DNA of 64,000 nucleotides, from positions 15,192,001 through 15,256,000 of the forward strand of contig NW_024704743.1 of assembly GCF_018977255.1 (NCBI RefSeq). The letters run 5' to 3'. This document shows positions 63,110 to 64,000 of this stretch, in pieces. The stretch's first letter is position 1. Every line of letters starts with the position of its first letter. Both the position numbers and the translations under genes were made by a program. Source of the stretch: Callorhinchus milii. Its lineage: Eukaryota. The notes beneath the pieces are model-generated. The model made no database searches and was not told the origin of the DNA. It saw only the letters and a program-made list of their open reading frames with translations.

Positions 63110-63475
63110 CAGTGGAAAACTATTAAGCCAGACACATCGGGCCCGGCTGGATTGTCCGGCTTAAACGGCGTCCGAGGTTAACCAAAGTCCCATTACCCCT
63201 TCTCGCCCAGCAAGGAGGCAGTGGCCCGTCATCCATCCCATTGCCGTCTCCATTTAACGGGAAAGGGACCAATTAGCAGCGGCTTCAAAGTTATTGACGG
63301 CCTGAAGCCGCTTGTGAATGTTCGGACTCCACCCATTCACAAGAGGCTCGGCTGTCAATCAATCACAAGTTAACGCCTTCCATTCCCTCTCTTGTTTCTT
63401 CCCCGTTCCTGCGACCCCCCCCCTCACTAACCAACAGCTCAACTCCAGCCGCTTGTGAATGGCTGGAGTCCACTG
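63110..63475. mobile_element. Tc1/mariner-like MITE with internal palindromes
   Basis: TA+CAGTGGA at left, TCCACTG at right; GCCGCTTGTGAATG motif in both orientations. Confidence 0.5.
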
Positions 63476-63659
63476 TCTAATCAATCGCAATTTGACTCCT
63501 CCAAACTCCATTCTGGAGCCACTCATGGCTGAATGTAGCTGCTCCGAAGACCCAAATGAGTACTTTCAGCAGTGACCAGCGTGGCATTTTGTCCAAATTA
63601 ATTGGATTGTTGTAAGAATTAATCGGCATACTTAAAACTGGTAAGAATAGAAATAAATA

Positions 63660-64000
63660 GGCGTGGGTGGGGGGTGTTGGAATCAGGGAGGGGGAAGGGC
63701 AGAGAGGGTAGGAGGATGGCCAAAGGCACGGTTGAAGAGGAGAGTCTTCAGGTGTGCCTTGAAGGAGGCAAGAGAGGGAGCGAGGCAAAGGGAATGTGGG
63801 ACGAAGTTCCAGAGGGTGGTGGCAGAGAGGCTGAAGGCTCAATCGCCTATGGTGGGCGGGCCGGGCGGGGGACATGGAGCAGGGCAGAGCCTGCTGAGCG
63901 GAGCCTGCTGGGAGTGGACAGGTTGATAAGGGGTTAACAGGTCGGAGAGGTAGGAGGGGACAAGGCCATGGAGGGCCTTGAAAGTGAGGATGAGAATTTT
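63660..64000 (-). mobile_element. L2 3' fragment, truncated by window end
   Basis: Reverse complement of the KALHGL...LWNFVP...FKAHLKTLLF region. Confidence 0.88.

Noticed and set aside
1..64000. U4atac snRNA (hosted in a CLASP1 intron in human), CRISPR arrays, or independent genes from the short ORFs
   Set aside because: No U4atac-like sequence or regular repeat-spacer array recognised; short ORFs are explained by CLASP2 exons, LINE/SINE fragments or chance.

Overview
Vertebrate genomic DNA, probably from a cartilaginous fish (chimaera/shark-like), inferred from its L2/CR1 LINEs and tRNA-headed Deu-domain SINEs. The window lies entirely inside one + strand gene, CLASP2 (microtubule +TIP, CLIP-associating protein). 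I reconstructed 23 ordinary internal coding exons with consistent phases, running from the TOG1-TOG2 linker through TOG2, the SxIP/GSK3 serine-rich region and TOG3 into the linker before the C-terminal domain. Start and stop codons lie outside the window. Four frame-preserving microexons are also visible (24, 27, 24 and 3 nt), plus a candidate 57-nt cassette exon and a frame-anomalous 16-nt exon-like remnant. Introns hold decayed L2 and CR1 LINE pieces, two subfamilies of a composite SINE, and MITE remnants. Most unexplained signals: a CpG-rich intronic island with four ZNF143/Staf-like units and NRF1-like sites (55.8-56.2 kb); a Trp->Phe change in the first TOG3 tubulin-binding loop; an 87-bp inverted duplication and an Rbfox/Nova motif cluster downstream of the second SxIP exon; and inverted SINEs that could form dsRNA or a 288-nt stop-free circRNA. 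There are no prokaryotic-type systems, and I cannot demonstrate a wholly new biological system from sequence alone. Comparisons to human CLASP proteins and repeat consensuses are from memory, not from a search.
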